DNA from: Heterodontus francisci
Lineage: Eukaryota
Direction: 5' to 3'
DNA: 64,000 nucleotides
Assembly (NCBI RefSeq): GCF_036365525.1
Contig: NC_090396.1
Location: 28,496,283 to 28,560,282, forward strand
Part shown: piece after piece, positions 62,080 to 64,000 of the stretch
Numbering within the stretch: the first letter of the stretch is position 1
How the letters are laid out: the number at the start of each line of letters is the position of its first letter
Notes under the pieces: model-generated
The model's input: only the letters and a program-made list of their open reading frames with translations
The model's database searches: none
What the model was told of the DNA's origin: nothing
Program-made: the position numbers and the translations under genes

Positions 62080-63100
62080 ACAACAATGGCACTGTGCTAA
62101 TGTATTTGAAAATGTTAATGAATGATCAAGTTTATTTCAAGGCTCCATTATTCAGTCATCTCCATTGCTGCCTCCTGCCTTCCAAATGGCCATTTGCTTT
62201 AAAAATAGTATGCTCGGAGTGGAAGATGAGCAAAGGGTGTGAACAAGATCGAGGGATTATTTGTGTTGAGTGTGGGTGGGGCAGTGGGTTCAGCATTGTT
62301 GTGCCATATGGCTACACGCTCAGGTTATCTGAGCTGTGCCTGGACGAGTCAGTTGTAGGGCTGCTCTGGCAGGTAGATGAACAGCTGCAGGCATCCTGGC
62401 CACACTCAGGTTCCTCATCATCTCCTTCAGATGTTACTGGCGCATTATGAAGACATAGTTGCAGCTTGCATGATATCTTGCACAGACAGGCATGAAAAGC
62501 TTCCAGTGGCTAAATACCAGCTGAACATTGATGGAATGGAATCCCTTTCAATTAACAAAGACTGCTGGTTGATCTGAGCGAGCCTTGATCAGCATGTGTG
62601 CAATCTATGACTCTCTGTACCTGTGGGAATCCAACCAGGGCAACAAATCCGAGAGCACTGTCATTCTGTCTGGCATCAAAAGCGAAGTGGACGTAAATAG
62701 CGGCTCTGGTAAACGTGGCATGCGCCACCTGGGAGATGCACTTGTGGGCAGCAGATTGTAAAATCCTGCAAACGTCACCAGCAGATCTCTGAAAGGAGTT
62801 GGAAGAGAAGAAATTCAGGAGTGTGGTGACTTTGACAGCCACTGGCAATGCGTGCCCATCTGGCACTTTGAAGGAGGTCCTGATCCAGGATTCTGCAGAA
62901 GTCAGCAATGAGCTGCCATGAAAATGTGAGCCTTCTGAGGCACTGCTGCTCTGTCATGTTGAAAAAGCTGATCCTCTGCCTGTGTTGGGGATATTGCCTT
63001 TTTCGAGCTGGAGTTCTGCGCCCATCCCCTCTGCCCAGTGGGATGGCTTGTGGTTGAGGAGGAGGTAGCTGATGCTGCTGTTGGTGTTGCTGTGCCTTTC
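62080..63100 (-). pseudogene. PIF/Harbinger transposase (HARBI1-like DDE nuclease) remnant
   Basis: GHALPVAVKVTTLLNFFSSNSFQ...QSAAHKCISQV...GFPQVQRVIDCTH; GFHSINVQLV near 62510-62550. Confidence 0.85.
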
Positions 63101-64000
63101 ATTCCTCAACAGACATCCAAGTTTGAGCTGCATAAGCTGCTCCCACGCTGCAGTGAAAGCTGACAGCAGATCAGAGTGAGAAAGTCCAAGAAAGCAGAAT
63201 GACCTCCAAAATGTTGGAAATCACCTCTAAAGCATTGAAAGTATACTCTTGGAATAAAAGCAAGAGCAAAAGCCTTTCATCTAAGCAAGGAAGCAGTTAT
63301 GCTATTTCAGACATTAAAGGCTTTCTGGCCTGTCAATTTCATAGAGCCATCAATCCCCGCTCTGCCCTGTTGACCCTGGTGAGTTTCAGACAGCTCCGAA
63401 ACTTGTGTGTTAAAACCAGAATGCAGGGTTAATTGTTCATTCAATTACCTTTTAATATTTTTAAATAGGAGTCCCACCATCCCCATGGGGCTTTCCCACA
63501 CACCTCCAAATACATATCGGTTAAAGGTGAAAGTGAGCAGGATCATGTTGAGTTCCCGACACAGTGGCATTTTTTGATATTGAAACCATGCACCCCACCC
63601 CCACCAGGTTAAAATTCTGCTCAATGTTTCCACCACATTTCTGCTGAAGTTACAATGCAGCAGTAAGAGCAGCTCTGAGGAAATTCCCAGCCTCTTTGTC
63701 TTTGAAGCAAGCTTGATTATTAGTTCTGTGCTTGAATGCTTCTTCAGGTTGTGGTAAATACAATAAAAACTGATAACCAATTCTTCAGTTCACTCAAATC
63801 TACCATATATCCAGATTATTACAGCAAAACAAAGCTTCACATGTGCCAAAGCTTGTGCTTATGTGAAAGATCGTCGTAAGGCTATGAAACAAGTAGTTAG
63901 ATTCAGGTAAAGATCAATGTACTCATTAGTTTAGTACTGTGCTGCTAGCTTTGTATGCCATTTCAACTTAACTTTCGGTATTTTTTTCAATTTGCAGTTT

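Larger units (their letters stand above)
58310..63622. mobile_element. Decayed Harbinger DNA transposon interrupted by a solo LTR and a LINE
   Basis: Transposase on minus. Probable convergent second-gene (Myb/SANT-type) remnants on plus (58310-58580, 59400-60430). TIR-like TAAAATTCTGCTC ends at about 63622. Left boundary uncertain. Confidence 0.55.

Noticed and set aside
62080-63100. Host HARBI1 gene
   Set aside because: Frameshifted, with degenerate catalytic regions and embedded in a TIR-bounded repeat, so it is a transposon relic.

Overview
This is vertebrate genomic DNA, almost certainly from a shark or other cartilaginous fish (HE1/V-SINE, SacSINE1-like DeuSINE and CR1 LINE content). 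It holds two convergent host genes that I reconstructed exon by exon: the last two coding exons of ADPRM (+; 8120-8242 and 25681-25976) and the complete six-exon TMEM220 CDS (-; 48320 to 31900, 174 aa). The same adjacency exists in human. Most of the remaining sequence is transposable elements. The highlight is an 8.9-kb, two-LTR, decayed endogenous retrovirus (13756-22644, -) in the last ADPRM intron. It has a tRNA-Lys-like PBS, a PPT and a GGGGG TSD, a coiled-coil Gag with a CCHC knuckle, and PR-RT-tether-RNaseH-IN with a long IN tail. Its spliced env resembles paramyxo/pneumovirus F proteins rather than classical SU/TM, so it is a lokiretrovirus-like provirus. It sits in a MITE, which sits in a CR1. 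Other notable structures are a 5'-inverted (twin-primed) RTE with a 12-bp TSD, two same-family solo LTRs in inverted orientation 193 bp apart, a pol-less Gmr1-like Gypsy with tandem PBS-like repeats, a decayed Harbinger, and three SINE/LINE tail-sharing pairs. All family calls come from motif recognition by eye; no database searches were run, and the boundaries of old repeats are approximate.
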